From an uncultured Gammaproteobacteria bacterium (GTDB lineage Bacteria > Pseudomonadota > Gammaproteobacteria > CAWCPV01): a DNA stretch of 64,000 bases. Made by a program: the position numbers and the translations under genes. The DNA lies in assembly GCA_963797555.1 (NCBI GenBank), contig CAWCPV010000004.1:192001-256000 (forward strand), written 5' to 3'. Numbering within the stretch: the stretch's first letter is position 1; the number at the start of each line of letters is the position of its first letter. The notes below the pieces were generated by a model, which saw only the letters and a list, made by a program, of their open reading frames with translations, ran no database searches and was not told the DNA's origin. This document shows positions 11,204 to 25,608 of the stretch, piece after piece.

Positions 11204-12576
11204 AGCCGGGCGTCGCCGGTGCGGCGTCCCGCACCAGGGCCGAGGAGGGACGGTTACTAGCGCCCATGCGCTCCGCCCCGGGGGTGTCGCGCGGAGCTGC
11301 GGGCGGCCTGTCCACGGCCTTCCCGGCACCCGCCGGGCGCGGCCGTTTTCCGACCCTCCTAGCGGACCGCTGCGTCATGTGCGGGATGTGCCTCGCCGTC
11401 TGCCCCACATACGGCGAAGCGCGCGACGAGGCGGAGTCCCCGCGCGGACGCATCGCACTCATGCGCGCTTTTTCGGAGGGCCGTCTGGCGCCGACCGAGC
11501 AGGCCCTCGGCCACCTCGACCGCTGTCTCGCTTGCCGCGCCTGCGAGGCCATCTGCCCCTCGGAAGTGCCCTACGGTGAGCTGCTCGACGCCGCCCGCGC
11601 GCTCCTGGAGCCGGGCCGCCGCCGCCCGCTCGGGGCGCGCCTGGTCCGCCGTCTCGGCGGTGCGCTCGCAGCCGCGGACCCTAGAGTCTTGATGAGGATC
11701 GGGCGTTGGCTGCGCTGGTACCAACGCTCGGGCCTCGCCGACTTCGCACGGCGCACACGCCTGTTGCGGGCGCTGGGGATCGAGTCCGCCGAAGCTCTGC
11801 TGCCGCCGTTGGGGGCTCCCTTCCAACGCTCGGGCTACTATCCAGCCGTCGGTCCGGAACGAGGCCGCGTCGGGCTGTTCGTCGGGTGCGTGGCGCGCCT
11901 GGTGGACGCCGCAACCGCGGAGGCGGCGTTGCGGGTGCTGCGCCGCGTGGGCTACGGCGTCTATGTGCCCAAGGGCCAGGGGTGCTGCGGTGCGCTGCAC
12001 CGTCACGCCGGCGAGGCGGGCGCGGCCTGCCAGCTCGCCCAGCGCAACCTGGAAGCGTTCGCCGACCTTCCGCTGAAGGCCGTCATCGGTACGGCGAGCG
12101 GGTGCACCGCGGCGCTGGCCGAATACCCCCTCTGGATGCCGGAAGGTCGCGCGTGGCCGGCACCGGTCAGCGACGTGTGCGCTTTCCTGGCCGAGCGCTG
12201 GCCCGGGGCGCTTGCGCTGGCTCCGCTCTCTCGCCGCATAGGGATCCACACGCCCTGCACGCTGAAATATGCACTGCACGAGAAGGGCAGCGTCCAGGCG
12301 CTGCTGGCGCATGTCCCGGAGATCGACCTGCAGCCCTTATCCGAGCGACCCGCTTGCTGCGGCGCAGCCGGAGACTACATGCTCCGGGAGCCGGCGATGG
12401 CCGCAGCCCTACGGGACGCCGTGCTCACATCTTTCGACGGTGACATTCTCGTCACGTCCAACATCGGTTGCGCACTACACCTTCGCGTCGGCACCAACGT
12501 CCGGGAAATACCCATCGAGGTCATGCACCCGGTGGCCCTGCTCGCCAGGCAGCTCGAAGCCAGCCCGGCCAAATGA
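11200..12576 (+). CDS. GlcF-like (Fe-S)-binding oxidoreductase subunit (start uncertain)
   Basis: Two CxxCxxCxxxCP motifs, ESPRGRI, two CCG domains, TSNIGC. Confidence 0.85.
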   Translation: MKPGVAGAASRTRAEEGRLLAPMRSAPGVSRGAAGGLSTAFPAPAGRGRFPTLLADRCVMCGMCLAVCPTYGEARDEAESPRGRIALMRAFSEGRLAPTEQALGHLDRCLACRACEAICPSEVPYGELLDAARALLEPGRRRPLGARLVRRLGGALAAADPRVLMRIGRWLRWYQRSGLADFARRTRLLRALGIESAEALLPPLGAPFQRSGYYPAVGPERGRVGLFVGCVARLVDAATAEAALRVLRRVGYGVYVPKGQGCCGALHRHAGEAGAACQLAQRNLEAFADLPLKAVIGTASGCTAALAEYPLWMPEGRAWPAPVSDVCAFLAERWPGALALAPLSRRIGIHTPCTLKYALHEKGSVQALLAHVPEIDLQPLSERPACCGAAGDYMLREPAMAAALRDAVLTSFDGDILVTSNIGCALHLRVGTNVREIPIEVMHPVALLARQLEASPAK

Positions 12577-12592
12577 CTCATGGAGGTCCTAC

Positions 12593-13237
12593 ATGGAGGC
12601 CCGCGATTACTCCCCCGTCGACCGCTTCATCATGGGGCTCGACCAAGCGCTGCGCACCGTGTTCGGAGCGCCTGCGGCAAGCGGACGCCGCAGCCCGGCC
12701 GCCGACCTCCCCGAGTCCGCGATGAGCGAACAGGAGCGGATACACTCGGCGCGGCTGATGCGCGTCGACCATTCGGGCGAGGTCGCTGCTCAAGCCCTGT
12801 ATCAAGGCCAAGCGCTCGCGGCGCGGCAGCCCCGGGTACAGAAGCGGATGGCGCAAGCGGCCGCCGAGGAGAACGACCATTTGGCCTGGTGCGCGGAGCG
12901 CGTCGAGGAATTGGGCGGACGGCTGAGCCTGCTCAACCCCGTGTGGTACGGGGGGGCGCTCGCTATCGGGGCGCTCGCGGGTGTCGCGGGCGATCGCTGG
13001 AGCCTCGGCTTCCTGGCGGAGACCGAGCGCCAGGTGGTCACCCACCTGGACGGCCACCTGGAGCGGCTGCCGGCGCAGGACCTCAAGAGCCGGGCGATTC
13101 TAGCGCGGATGCACGAGGACGAAGGACATCACGCTGCCACGGCTGCTCTGGCGGGAGCGGCAGCGCTGCCCAAACCGATCAGGACGCTAATGAGGTATGC
13201 GTCGCGGGTGATGACCGAGACTGCTTATTGGGCGTGA
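12593..13237 (+). CDS. coq7: Coq7 di-iron demethoxyubiquinone hydroxylase
   Basis: [43 protein letters not shown]. Confidence 0.95.
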   Translation: MEARDYSPVDRFIMGLDQALRTVFGAPAASGRRSPAADLPESAMSEQERIHSARLMRVDHSGEVAAQALYQGQALAARQPRVQKRMAQAAAEENDHLAWCAERVEELGGRLSLLNPVWYGGALAIGALAGVAGDRWSLGFLAETERQVVTHLDGHLERLPAQDLKSRAILARMHEDEGHHAATAALAGAAALPKPIRTLMRYASRVMTETAYWA

Positions 13238-14045
13238 GCACGCCCATGTTCTGGCCGTAAAAGATTTCGGCCGTCTCGTGGCGCAGGCTCTGCATGATCA
13301 GACGCTTCTCCTCCTCGTCCAAGTCCGCCTCGGAGACCCCGAACAGATAGTTGTCTAGCTCGAACGCCTTCAACATCATCTTGGTGTGGAAGATATTCTC
13401 CTGGTAGACGTTCACGTCGATCATCTGGTACCTCTCCTTGGTGTCCTGGGCAATGAAGTTCTGGATCGAGTTGATCTTGTGGTCGATGAAGTATTTCTTG
13501 CCCTTTACGTCGCGCGTGAAGCCCCGGACCCGGTAGTCCATGATCACGATGTCCGAGTCGAAGCTGTGGATGAGGTAGTTGAGCGCCGTGAGCGGCGAGA
13601 TGCGCCCGCAGGTGGACACGTCGATGTCCGCTCGGAAAGTGCTGATGCCGTTGTGGGGATGACTCTCCGGGTACGTGTGTACGGTGATGTGGCTCTTGTC
13701 CAGGTGTGCCAGGACCGCATCGGGCAGCGGCCCAGGCATCTCGGCGTTCGAGTGCTCCCGTTCCGCCGCCGACGGCTCTTCGGAGACCAGCATGGTCACG
13801 CTGGCTCCCTGGGGGTCGTAGTCTTGACGCGCGGTGTTCAAGACGTTCGCGCCGATGATGTGTGCGACCTCGGTGAGGGTATGAGTCAGGCGCTTGGCGT
13901 TGTATACGTCATCGATGTACTCGATGTATTCGCGCCGCTGCTTGGGCGTGCGCGCATAACAGATGTCGTAGATGTTGAAGCTCAGCGTCTTGGTCAGATT
14001 GTTGAACCCGTGCAGCCTGAGTTTTTGAAGAGGCCTCACTTCCAC
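13179..14045 (-). CDS. speD: S-adenosylmethionine decarboxylase proenzyme
   Basis: [37 protein letters not shown]. Confidence 0.96.
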   Translation of the reverse strand: MEVRPLQKLRLHGFNNLTKTLSFNIYDICYARTPKQRREYIEYIDDVYNAKRLTHTLTEVAHIIGANVLNTARQDYDPQGASVTMLVSEEPSAAEREHSNAEMPGPLPDAVLAHLDKSHITVHTYPESHPHNGISTFRADIDVSTCGRISPLTALNYLIHSFDSDIVIMDYRVRGFTRDVKGKKYFIDHKINSIQNFIAQDTKERYQMIDVNVYQENIFHTKMMLKAFELDNYLFGVSEADLDEEEKRLIMQSLRHETAEIFYGQNMGVLTPNKQSRSSPATHTSLAS

Positions 14046-14074
14046 TAGGCTTGCTCCCGGTCCGGGTACCCTCT

Positions 14075-14290
14075 GAGCTACTGAACAAATCGTCGCGAGC
14101 GGCCCGAGAGCGAGGCGCCCGGAGCGCAGCGACGAGACATATCAAGGTGACCGGCGAGGAGCGACCGAATGGCAGTGCAGTCATTCGGCACGTCCGCGGG
14201 ACGCCCCGAAGGGGTGGGGTACAGGGAGCTACGCCATAAACACCGCGCAACGCCGCCATCGGGACGCGCAACAGACCTATTCACACCCTC
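14075..14290. mobile_element. MITE copy 2 (long form, about 216 bp)
   Basis: Matches the reverse complement of 8040-8180 plus an internal hairpin cassette at 14165-14236; flanks TCT/TCC. Confidence 0.85.
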
Positions 14291-14376
14291 TCCGCGAAGC
14301 ACAGCCAACCGGTACAAACCCTGCGTGGACGGCGGGCGTTGACCCGGCGTCCACGCCGCCAACACGCGGTCGGAGA

Positions 14377-16265
<1,889 letters not shown>

Positions 16266-16310
16266 TGCATGGCCCTCGCCTCGGTGGCGTTCTAGGCGCA
16301 GGCGAGCGGT

Positions 16311-16413
16311 GCTCGCTTCCCTACGCCGGTACTGGCCGGATCAGGTTCAAAGGGTATACTCTCAGCCCTGGGCAGCCAGTGACGTTATTACAGGCTGCAG
16401 GGCACCCCTAGCT
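16311..16413 (-). ncRNA. TPP riboswitch
   Basis: Minus strand reads GGGGTGC...GCTGAGA...ACCCTTTGAACCTGATCCGG...TACCGGCGTAGGGA directly upstream of thiC. Confidence 0.95.
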
Positions 16414-16535
16414 AAGGAAACCCAGAAATTATATGATGCGCGCTTGATTTGCAAGCCGCGTCCATGCCTCTGCGGCGCTCTCGCCGCATCCGCCGACAAG
16501 TTGAGCCACAAAGAATCATCGACTCGCGGACCCGC

Positions 16536-17198
16536 ATGGACCAGATGACCCTCGAACGAGCGCGCGAGAACATGATCGAGAACCAGGTCCGCGCCTGGGA
16601 CGTCTTGGATCAGCGGGTGCTGGACGTGATGACCGCGGTGCCCCGGGAGGACTTCGTACCGGGAGCGTACCGCGACCTCGCTTTTGCGGACACCGAGATT
16701 CCCCTGGGGCGCGGCCAGGCGATGATGGCCCCCAAGGTGGAGGGCAGGCTGCTCCAGGCTCTCGACGTGCAGCCTTCGGAAAAAGTGCTGGAGGTCGGTA
16801 CCGGCAGCGGTTACGCCACGGCCCTGCTGGCCGAACTCGGCGGCCACGTCCACAGCGTGGAGATTTTCCCTGAATTCACGGCACGCGCCGAGCAAAGCCT
16901 CGCGGCCCACGGAATACGTAACGCCACTTTGGAGGTCGGTGATGCGGCGCAAGGCTGGGAGCGGCATGCTCCATACAACGTCATCGCAGTCACCGGGTCC
17001 CTGTACCTGCTCCCGGAAGCCTTCCGCCACAGTCTCAAGGTCGGCGGTCGCCTGTTCGTGGTCCTGGGCGAGGCTCCCGCAATGCAGGCGATGCTCATCA
17101 CGCGCCGAGGGGAAGACGGCTGGTCGCAGGAGAGCTTGTTCGAGACGGTCCTCGCGCCACTGGTCAATGCTGCGCCGCCCGAGCGTTTCGTCTTCTGA
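16536..17198 (+). CDS. pcm: Protein-L-isoaspartate O-methyltransferase
   Basis: ARENMIENQVRAWDV, VLEVGTGSGY SAM motif. Confidence 0.92.
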   Translation: MDQMTLERARENMIENQVRAWDVLDQRVLDVMTAVPREDFVPGAYRDLAFADTEIPLGRGQAMMAPKVEGRLLQALDVQPSEKVLEVGTGSGYATALLAELGGHVHSVEIFPEFTARAEQSLAAHGIRNATLEVGDAAQGWERHAPYNVIAVTGSLYLLPEAFRHSLKVGGRLFVVLGEAPAMQAMLITRRGEDGWSQESLFETVLAPLVNAAPPERFVF

Positions 17199-17229
17199 TG
17201 GGTTACCCTTGCCGGTGCGGCATACCCAC

Positions 17230-17498
17230 GCGCAACATTCTCGCGGATCACTTGCTTACATCGCCGGCCCGCACCATTGCTCCTTGACGTCCAGGAACCC
17301 TGCGAGTATACGATGGCCCCCGTCGAGGGCTTCGAGTTCATTCCCATACGGAAAGGTGCCGGAGCTAGGTCTTACGGAGTCTGCAGCTTTCAAGCGTACC
17401 AGCTCCTCGATCGTGTGGGCTATCGTGATGTCGTGAATCTCGACAGAGGAATCAGCGCCTGGGTCAGGGAAGTAGACCCATCGATGAGGAATTACTGA
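17230..17498 (+). pseudogene. Decayed rhodanese-like gene with internal deletion
   Basis: LLDVQEPCEY and VVNLDRGISAWVREVDPSMRNY remain, catalytic loop absent; usual position between pcm and tolC. Confidence 0.65.
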
Positions 17499-17502
17499 GC
17501 CC

Positions 17503-18867
17503 ATGACCATCCGACGCGCTTTTCTGCTGCTGCCCGCGCTGTGGGCAGCACTTACCGCGGTCCCGGCGCTGGCCGAGGATCTACTGGACATTTATCGCCT
17601 GGGGCTGCAGCAAGATCCCGCCCTCAAGGCTGCCGACCAGCAACGGCTCGCCGCATTGCAGGACAAGCCGCAAGCCCGCGCCCTGCTGTTGCCTAACCTA
17701 AGCGCCAATGGCAGCGTGAGCCGTAACGTCCTCGAGTTGACGCACGGTCCTACGACCTATTTCACCAACCAGAACTATGCGCTGCAGCTCACCCAGCCCC
17801 TCTACAACCGGGCTTATTGGGTTCAACTGTCACAGGCCGACAGCCAGATTGCACAGGCGCAGGCCAACTACGTGGCAGCCGAGCAGGACCTCATTAACCG
17901 TGTTGCGTCCACCTACTTCGGCGTGCTCTCGGCTCAGGCCGGCCTGGATTACGTGATCGCGAACAAGGAAGCCACGGCCAGACAACTGGAACAGGCGCGT
18001 CAGCGGTTCGACGTCGGCTTGGTCGCCATCACCGACGTGCAGGATGCCCAATCCCGTTATGACCAAGCCGTGGCGTCGGAGATCGTGGCGCGCAATGATT
18101 TGGAGCGCGCTAACGCGGCGGTGGCGGAGATCACCGGCCAGGAACCCGGAAAGCTGGCGGATCTCGGAGAAAAGCTGCCCCTTGACCCGCCAAAGCCCGC
18201 CAACCTACAGAAGTGGATTGACACGTCCCTGGGTCAGAATCCCCGGGTGCTCGCCAACCAGTTCGCGGTCAAGGTCGCCCGAGACAACGTGGAGGTGCAG
18301 CGCAGCGGACATTTCCCGACACTCGATGTCGTGGGCAGCTACGGCTACGAGAACCTGACCTCCGGTGGCATATTTCCGCTGCAGGGCTGGGACGGCCAGA
18401 TCGGGTTGCAGCTCAACGTGCCCATATACGCCGGCGGGGGTGTGCTAGCGAACACCCGTCAGGCCGCCCACCTGTACGAGGCGGCCAAGGATAACCTCGG
18501 GGTGGCCCAGCGGGCCACGGTGCGCCAGACCACCATTTCCTACCGTACGGTGCTGGACACCATCAGCTCGGTCAAAGCCCTGAAGCAGGCCGTCGCCTCG
18601 GCGGAAACCGCCCTGGAAGCAACGCAGGCCGGCTACGAGGTCGGAACGCGCACCATCGTCGACCTGCTGAACTCGCAGACCGCCCGATATCTTGCCGTGC
18701 GGGATTACAAGACCCGACGATACGATTACCTGCTCGCGGGGCTAGCCCTGCAGCAGGCCGCCGGGCAGATTAGCGAGGTCGACGTGGCGGGGGTGAACCG
18801 CTTGCTGCACCAGCCGAAGAAGGCGGGGGAAACGCGGCCGCGCGAATCAGCGGCCGGTGGATACTAA
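17503..18867 (+). CDS. tolC: TolC-family outer membrane channel
   Basis: Signal peptide, EDLLDIY, ARQRFDVGL, GYEVGTRTIVDLL. Confidence 0.95.
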   Translation: MTIRRAFLLLPALWAALTAVPALAEDLLDIYRLGLQQDPALKAADQQRLAALQDKPQARALLLPNLSANGSVSRNVLELTHGPTTYFTNQNYALQLTQPLYNRAYWVQLSQADSQIAQAQANYVAAEQDLINRVASTYFGVLSAQAGLDYVIANKEATARQLEQARQRFDVGLVAITDVQDAQSRYDQAVASEIVARNDLERANAAVAEITGQEPGKLADLGEKLPLDPPKPANLQKWIDTSLGQNPRVLANQFAVKVARDNVEVQRSGHFPTLDVVGSYGYENLTSGGIFPLQGWDGQIGLQLNVPIYAGGGVLANTRQAAHLYEAAKDNLGVAQRATVRQTTISYRTVLDTISSVKALKQAVASAETALEATQAGYEVGTRTIVDLLNSQTARYLAVRDYKTRRYDYLLAGLALQQAAGQISEVDVAGVNRLLHQPKKAGETRPRESAAGGY

Positions 18868-19715
18868 CCACGCGCTTCTGATCTCCGAGTCAGCTCCAGG
18901 GCAATCGCGTACAGGGCATTGCGGCGCTCGCCAGTGATGCGAACCGCGAGCGCCACGGCGCGCTTCAGGGGTAATTCCTCCAGGAGTAGCCCCAGCAGCC
19001 CGCGCAGGTCCTGCGACTCCGGGGCTGCGTCGCCTCCCTCCACCAACACCACGAACTCCCCCCGCTGCTGCTCCGGGCTCTGCTCAATCCACTCCCGGAG
19101 AACTCCTAGGGTCCCGTGACGCACGGTCTCGAAATGCTTGGTCAGCTCCCGGGCGATCACGCCGCGGCGCTCCGGTCCCAAGACGGTGCAGAGGTCTGCC
19201 AGACTTTCCAGTATGCGGTGCGGCGCCTCGAACAGCACGATGGTCCGCTCCTCCGCCCGCAGTGCCAGCAGCCGGCGGCGCCGTTGCTCGGCGCTGGCGG
19301 AGGGCAGGAACCCCTCGAACACAAAGCGATCGGCGGTGAGTCCCGAAGCCGACAGAGCCGCGACCACGGCGCTGGGGCCTGGCACCGGGGAGACGGGCAA
19401 ACCCGCAGCGTGGGCGGCAGCCACCAACCGGCAGCCGGGGTCGCTCACCAAGGGGGTACCGGCGTCGCTCACGAGCGCCACCGAACGGCCTTGCCGCAGG
19501 GCCTCGAGCAGGCGCGGCGAACGCCGCGCTTCATTGTGCTCGTGGAAGGCCAGCAAGTGTGCGCGGAGGCCGAAATGGGTGAGAAGCCGACGCGTCCGGC
19601 GTGTGTCCTCGGCCGCTACGACATCCACCCGAGAGAGCACTTGCAGCGCCCCCACGGTCATGTCGGCGAGATTGCCGATGGGGGTCGCGACCACGTAAAG
19701 CACGCCGGGGTCCAC
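18864..19715 (-). CDS. rsmI: 16S rRNA C1402 2'-O-methyltransferase
   Basis: LYVVATPIGNL, AAEDTR, LVSDAGTPLVSDPG, RELTKHFE. Confidence 0.95.
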   Translation of the reverse strand: MDPGVLYVVATPIGNLADMTVGALQVLSRVDVVAAEDTRRTRRLLTHFGLRAHLLAFHEHNEARRSPRLLEALRQGRSVALVSDAGTPLVSDPGCRLVAAAHAAGLPVSPVPGPSAVVAALSASGLTADRFVFEGFLPSASAEQRRRRLLALRAEERTIVLFEAPHRILESLADLCTVLGPERRGVIARELTKHFETVRHGTLGVLREWIEQSPEQQRGEFVVLVEGGDAAPESQDLRGLLGLLLEELPLKRAVALAVRITGERRNALYAIALELTRRSEARG

Positions 19716-19788
19716 GCGCCGGCCCTGGTTTTTGATACTCTCGGACAACCCGTTACAATAACCTTTTGCCATCTCTAGCCAACATCGC

Positions 19789-21628
19789 ATGACGCGTAGC
19801 CGCCCGTGGGATGGCCTCCTACAGGCCAGCCTCGTCGTGTTTCTCCTCACCGCCTGCGCGGAGGCCCCCGAGCGCGAGGAGGCGGCGGGCACCCTGCGCA
19901 CCGCCCAGCGCCTGGAACAGATGGGCGACTACTCCGCCGCTGCCCAAATCTACGCCAATCTCGCGGCCGGCGCGCAGACGCCCCTGCGTGAGACCTACCA
20001 GCTGCGCAGCGCCGACGCCCTGCTGCGGGGCGGCGATACCGCAGGCGCGGAACGGGTCTTGAGGTCCGTCGTACCACCCGCCGAGCCGCCTCGGCTGAGG
20101 GCGGAGCGCGATATTCTCATGGGCCGATTGGCGTTGGCCGAGAACCACCCGGCAGAAGCCCTTGCGATTGCCAATGCACTACAGGCCGAAGTCCTGCCTC
20201 CTAACCTCCGCACGGCAGCCGAAGACCTGCGGGCTCAAGCCTATGCCCAGCAAGGCAAGCTCATCGAGAGCATCGACAGCCGAATCGCTCTTCAATCCCT
20301 GCTGATCGACCCGCAGGCCCAGTGGGAGAACGAGAAGACCCTCTGGCAAGAACTCATGTCCTTGCCCCCTCAGGAGCTGGACCGCTGGCAGCGGCACGAA
20401 TCGCGCCCGGAGGTGAGCGGCTGGCTGGAGCTAGCGGCGCTCGCCCGGCAGGGCGCGTTCGAGGGACCCCAAGGCAGCCAGGCTCTCGCCGCCTGGCGCG
20501 CCCGTTACCCGACTCATCCAGCGGCGGTGCATGCGCTGCTGGCCCTTTCCCCCGCAGCCGCAGGCGCTGCAGGCGGGGCGACCCAGGTGGCGCTGTTGCT
20601 GCCCCTGGCAGGTCCCCTCGCCCCGCCCGCTGCCGCGGTACGCGACGGTCTGCTTGCCGCTTACTACAGCCAGCAGGAGGCGGGCAAGCCGAATCTGCGC
20701 ATCTATGATACTGCCGGTACCGGCGCACACGTGCAGGACATCTACCGTCAGGCGGTGCAGGATGGCGCGCGTTATGTCATAGGACCCCTGACCAAGGAGT
20801 CCGTACAAGTGCTGGCTGCGGCGCAGACCCTCCCCGTCCCCACCCTGGCCCTGAATTTCGTGGACGCCCCGTCACCGCCCGCCAACCTGTATCAGTTCGG
20901 CCTGGCACCGGAGGACGAAGCCCGCCAGGTCGCCGAGCGCGCGTGGGCGGATGGCCACCGCTCGGCACTGGCTTTGGTACCGGAAAACGCCTGGGGAAAA
21001 CGGGTCATGCAAGCCTTCCGGGACCGCTGGGAACAGCTCGGCGGAACGCTGGTCGCTACCGAGAGCTTCGGCGATGGGCAGGAGTCCCTTCAAGGCGCTG
21101 TGCAGCGCCTGATCGAGCCGAACGCGGCGGCGACTTCCAGCTCCTCCTCCGCGACCCCTGACCAGGCCGTACCCCAACCCCAGCCCCGCCAGGACGGCGA
21201 TTTCCTCTTCATGGCTGCGTTCCCCCGCCAGGCCGTGGCGGTCCCACCGCTGCTCAAGTTTTACCTCGCTGGGTCGCTGCCTATATACGCCACCTCTCAC
21301 AGCTTCAGCGGCACGGTGGACGCGGCGTCAAGGGGCGACATGGAGGACATCATCGTGTGCGATATGCCGTGGATGTCATCGAGCGCCAATCCCGCCCCCG
21401 CACTGGCCAATACCCTGGCGACCGTCTGGCCGGAATCCCGCGGTTCCCTGGCCCGACTCTATGCGCTGGGCATCGACGCGTACCTGCTCATCCCGGAGAT
21501 CGAGCGGCTGCGCGCCAGCCCATCGGCGAGCTTTCAGGGAGTGACCGGCACTCTCAGCTTGGATCAGTCCAGGCACGTACGTCGTGAGCTGCTGTGCGCG
21601 CGCTTCGGCGATTGGGGACACCTGTCGG

Positions 21629-21639
<11 letters not shown>
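19789..21639 (+). CDS. lpoA: Penicillin-binding protein activator LpoA (LppC family lipoprotein)
   Basis: LTAC lipobox, ALLLPLAG, IGPLTK, FGLAPEDEA, RLYALGIDAY; rsmI-lpoA-yraN synteny. Confidence 0.9.
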
Positions 21640-22611
<972 letters not shown>

Positions 22612-22615
22612 CACC

Positions 22616-23188
22616 ATGCGACCTCACTGCACCCTGCTCGCTCTGGTACTTGCCGCCCCCGCCCTGACGGGCTGTGTCGGCGTCCTCCTCGCGGGCGCGG
22701 CCACGGGGGCCTCAGTGGCCCATGACCGTCGCTCCGTCGGCACCGAGCTGGACGACCAGGCCATTAAGGTCAAGGCTGGCAACGCCATCTACGACGACAA
22801 GGAGCTTTACGACAGCTCCCACATCGACGTGACCAGCTTCAACAAGATCGTGCTGCTCGTTGGGGAGACCCCAACGGAGGCGCTACGCACCCGGGCGGAA
22901 CGGCTGGTGAGCTCCATTCCCAACGTGCGGAAGGTCTATAACGAGATCACCATCGGCGAGCCGACCTCGTTCACGACTCGCACCAACGATGCGGCCCTTA
23001 CCGCCAAAGTCAAGGGGGAGATGCTGGCGGCCAAGTTGGACCCTCTCAACGTCAAGGTGGTTACCGAGAACGGCACCGTGTTTTTGATGGGCCTGGTTTC
23101 ACCCACCGAGGGCGAGGCTGCGGCCGGCGTAGCGAGCCATGTCGGCGGCGTCCAGCGCGTGGTCAAGCTCTTCGAGTACACGAGTTGA
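22616..23188 (+). CDS. dolP: Dual-BON lipoprotein DolP/YraP
   Basis: LTGC lipobox, DRRSVG, VVTENGTVFLMGLV, GVQRVVKLFEY. Confidence 0.88.
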   Translation: MRPHCTLLALVLAAPALTGCVGVLLAGAATGASVAHDRRSVGTELDDQAIKVKAGNAIYDDKELYDSSHIDVTSFNKIVLLVGETPTEALRTRAERLVSSIPNVRKVYNEITIGEPTSFTTRTNDAALTAKVKGEMLAAKLDPLNVKVVTENGTVFLMGLVSPTEGEAAAGVASHVGGVQRVVKLFEYTS

Positions 23189-23189
23189 G

Positions 23190-24626
23190 GTGACGCCAGA
23201 CTTCCTGAGCGGGTTAGCGGCCATCGTCGGCCCCGCTGGCGTGGTCACCGAGCCCGCCGCGCGCTGGGTCTACGGGTACGACAACAGCCGCCGGCACGCC
23301 GAGCCCGAGGCCGTGGCATTCGCGACCAGCCACGAGCAGGTGCGCGCCGTGGTCTCCCTGTGTCACCGGGACGGCGTCAGCCTCGTCGCCCGCGGGCGCG
23401 GCACGGGCACCACGGGGAGCGCGGTGCCCATCGCCGGCGGAGTCGTCCTGTCGCTGGAGCGCATGCGCCGCATACTGCGCATCGCACCGGACGACCGCCT
23501 CATGGTGGTGGAGCCCGGTGTAACCAACGAAGAGGCCCAACGGGAAGCGGCCCGCCATGGATTCTTCTGGCCGCCAGACCCAACCAGCGGCGCGTTCTGC
23601 ACCGTCGGCGGGAATCTCGCCTTGAACGCCGCCGGTCCCCGCGCCGTGAAATACGGGACGGTCCGGGAGAACGTCCTGGGTCTGCGCGCTGTCACTGGCA
23701 CCGGCGAGGAGATTCGCACCGGAGTGCGCACTACCAAGGGGGTCGTCGGTTATGATCTCACCCGGCTGATCGTGGGGTCCGAGGGAACGCTGGCGATAAT
23801 TACCGAGGCCACCCTCAAACTCACGCCGTTGCCCGAGGCGAGGCGCACCCTACGCGCCCTCTATCGGGACGTACACAGCGCGGCGCGCGCCGTGACGCGC
23901 ATCATGGCGCAGCCAGTGACCCCGAGTGCCGTGGAGTTCATGGACGGGCGCGCCATCGAGCTGGTGGGCCGCTACCGCGGCATCGAGCTGCCCGCGGACG
24001 CCGGTGGAATGCTCATGGTGGAGGTGGACGGCCCCGCCGCGTGCGTCGACGGAGCCGCACAACAGGTCGAGGCGGCGGCCGGGGGAGAAGGACTGGTCGA
24101 GATCAGCCGAGCGCGCACGGACAAGGAGGTGGCGGTGCTCTGGGAGGCGCGCAAGGCATTGTCGCCGGCGCTGCGCAGCGTCGCCCCCAAAAAGATCAAC
24201 GAGGACGTGGTCGTGCCGGTCTCCAAGATACCCGAGTTGCTGGACCGCTTGCAGTTGTTGTCGCGGCGCCATGCCGTGACCATCGTCAGCTTCGGGCACG
24301 CCGGCAACGGCAACATCCACGTAAACCTGCTGGTGAATCCCGACGATGCCGACCAGTTGGGCCGTGCCGAGCGCTGCCTGAGCGACGTCTTCGATGCGGT
24401 CCTCGCGCTCGACGGTACGCTGTCGGGAGAGCACGGCGTAGGCATCGAGAAACGCGATTTCGTCGCCCGGGAGATCGACCCGGTCGCTTTGGCGCTGATG
24501 ACACGCATCAAGGCCCAGTTCGACCCCCGAGGGATCTTGAATCCCGGCAAGGTCCTGCCCGCCCCCCCGGCGGTCAGTGCTTTGCTTGAACAGGCCCCAG
24601 GAACACCCGCGCGTACTGGAGGCTGA
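23190..24626 (+). CDS. GlcD-like FAD-linked oxidase
   Basis: ARGRGTG, PPDPTS, GSEGTL, GHAGNGNIH, SGEHGVG, LNPGK. Confidence 0.9.
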   Translation: MTPDFLSGLAAIVGPAGVVTEPAARWVYGYDNSRRHAEPEAVAFATSHEQVRAVVSLCHRDGVSLVARGRGTGTTGSAVPIAGGVVLSLERMRRILRIAPDDRLMVVEPGVTNEEAQREAARHGFFWPPDPTSGAFCTVGGNLALNAAGPRAVKYGTVRENVLGLRAVTGTGEEIRTGVRTTKGVVGYDLTRLIVGSEGTLAIITEATLKLTPLPEARRTLRALYRDVHSAARAVTRIMAQPVTPSAVEFMDGRAIELVGRYRGIELPADAGGMLMVEVDGPAACVDGAAQQVEAAAGGEGLVEISRARTDKEVAVLWEARKALSPALRSVAPKKINEDVVVPVSKIPELLDRLQLLSRRHAVTIVSFGHAGNGNIHVNLLVNPDDADQLGRAERCLSDVFDAVLALDGTLSGEHGVGIEKRDFVAREIDPVALALMTRIKAQFDPRGILNPGKVLPAPPAVSALLEQAPGTPARTGG

Positions 24627-24885
24627 GGCAGCCGGCCACCTCTGAGCGGGGCCGCTGCTCGTGTTGTCACCGGGGGCTGCCCGGGCTGCCTGGCAGCTTG
24701 GTCTGGCAGCGGTAGACGCCGCTAGCCACGCCGGAAGAGGTGGATGCCGTGAGCCTTCTTCCCCAAGGCCGGGTCCACTCGGTGTTGCGGGGCGGAGCCT
24801 GTCACCGACCGATGCAGAGCGACACTGCGTGCTCCGTTCCCGTCCGCGGATCCGTTACACGGCAGGCCCGAATGGCGGGACTGGG

Positions 24886-25215
24886 ATGCTTGATCTCTAC
24901 ATGGTCGGTCTGCTGGCCGCGGCCGGGATGGGAGCCTGGTTCTGGCTGGACAGCATGCGCGCCCGCGAGATCGCCACCGGAGTCTGCCGCCACGTCTGCC
25001 AGCAGCAGCAGTTGCAGTTCCTGGACGATACCGTCGCGTTAAAACTCATGGGGCTGGCTCGCAATGCGCAAGGCCGCATACAAGTTCGGCGCATCTACCG
25101 GTTTGAGTACAGCGACGATGGCGTCCAGCGCCACCAGGGTGAGGCGGTCATGCTCGGCGCCCAACTGACTGCGATCAAGCTGCCGTGGATGGGAGAAGGG
25201 CACCGCCCTACTTGA
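24886..25215 (+). CDS. DUF3301-family membrane protein
   Basis: N-terminal TM, LQFLDDTV, RRIYRFEYS. Confidence 0.8.
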   Translation: MLDLYMVGLLAAAGMGAWFWLDSMRAREIATGVCRHVCQQQQLQFLDDTVALKLMGLARNAQGRIQVRRIYRFEYSDDGVQRHQGEAVMLGAQLTAIKLPWMGEGHRPT

Positions 25216-25594
25216 CGACCCTTAGGGCGGGCTTCTTGGATGGCTGCTTGGGGTCCGAGGGAGGCGACTCGGGCGGCTTGCCACCTCCCTCCTCGCCGAA
25301 CACCATGCCCTGACCGTTCTCGCGCGCATAGATGGCCAGCGCCGCCTGCACGGGCACGCGCACGTGTGTGGCGACGCCGCCGAAACGCGCATCGAACTCC
25401 ACCCAGTCGTTGCCCAGATCCAAGCCTCGCACGGCAGTGGGGCTCAAGTTGAAGATAACGCGGCCGCCGTGGACGTGCTGCTGGGGAACTTCCGCCCCCT
25501 GGGACTGCGCATCGACCAGCAGGTGGGGAGTATAGCCATTGTCCACGATCCACTCATGGATGGCGCGTAGGAGATAGGGGCGACTGGATGTCAT
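25208..25594 (-). CDS. sspB: ClpXP adaptor SspB
   Basis: SSRPYLLRAIHEWIVDN, ARFGG, IYARENGQG, LRVVK tail. Confidence 0.95.
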   Translation of the reverse strand: MTSSRPYLLRAIHEWIVDNGYTPHLLVDAQSQGAEVPQQHVHGGRVIFNLSPTAVRGLDLGNDWVEFDARFGGVATHVRVPVQAALAIYARENGQGMVFGEEGGGKPPESPPSDPKQPSKKPALRVVK

Positions 25595-25608
25595 CCCACC
25601 CTTCACCT

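Noticed and set aside
13179-13237. 59-nt convergent overlap of coq7 and speD
   Set aside because: Likely a neutral stop-codon shift in a GC-rich genome; no sign of function
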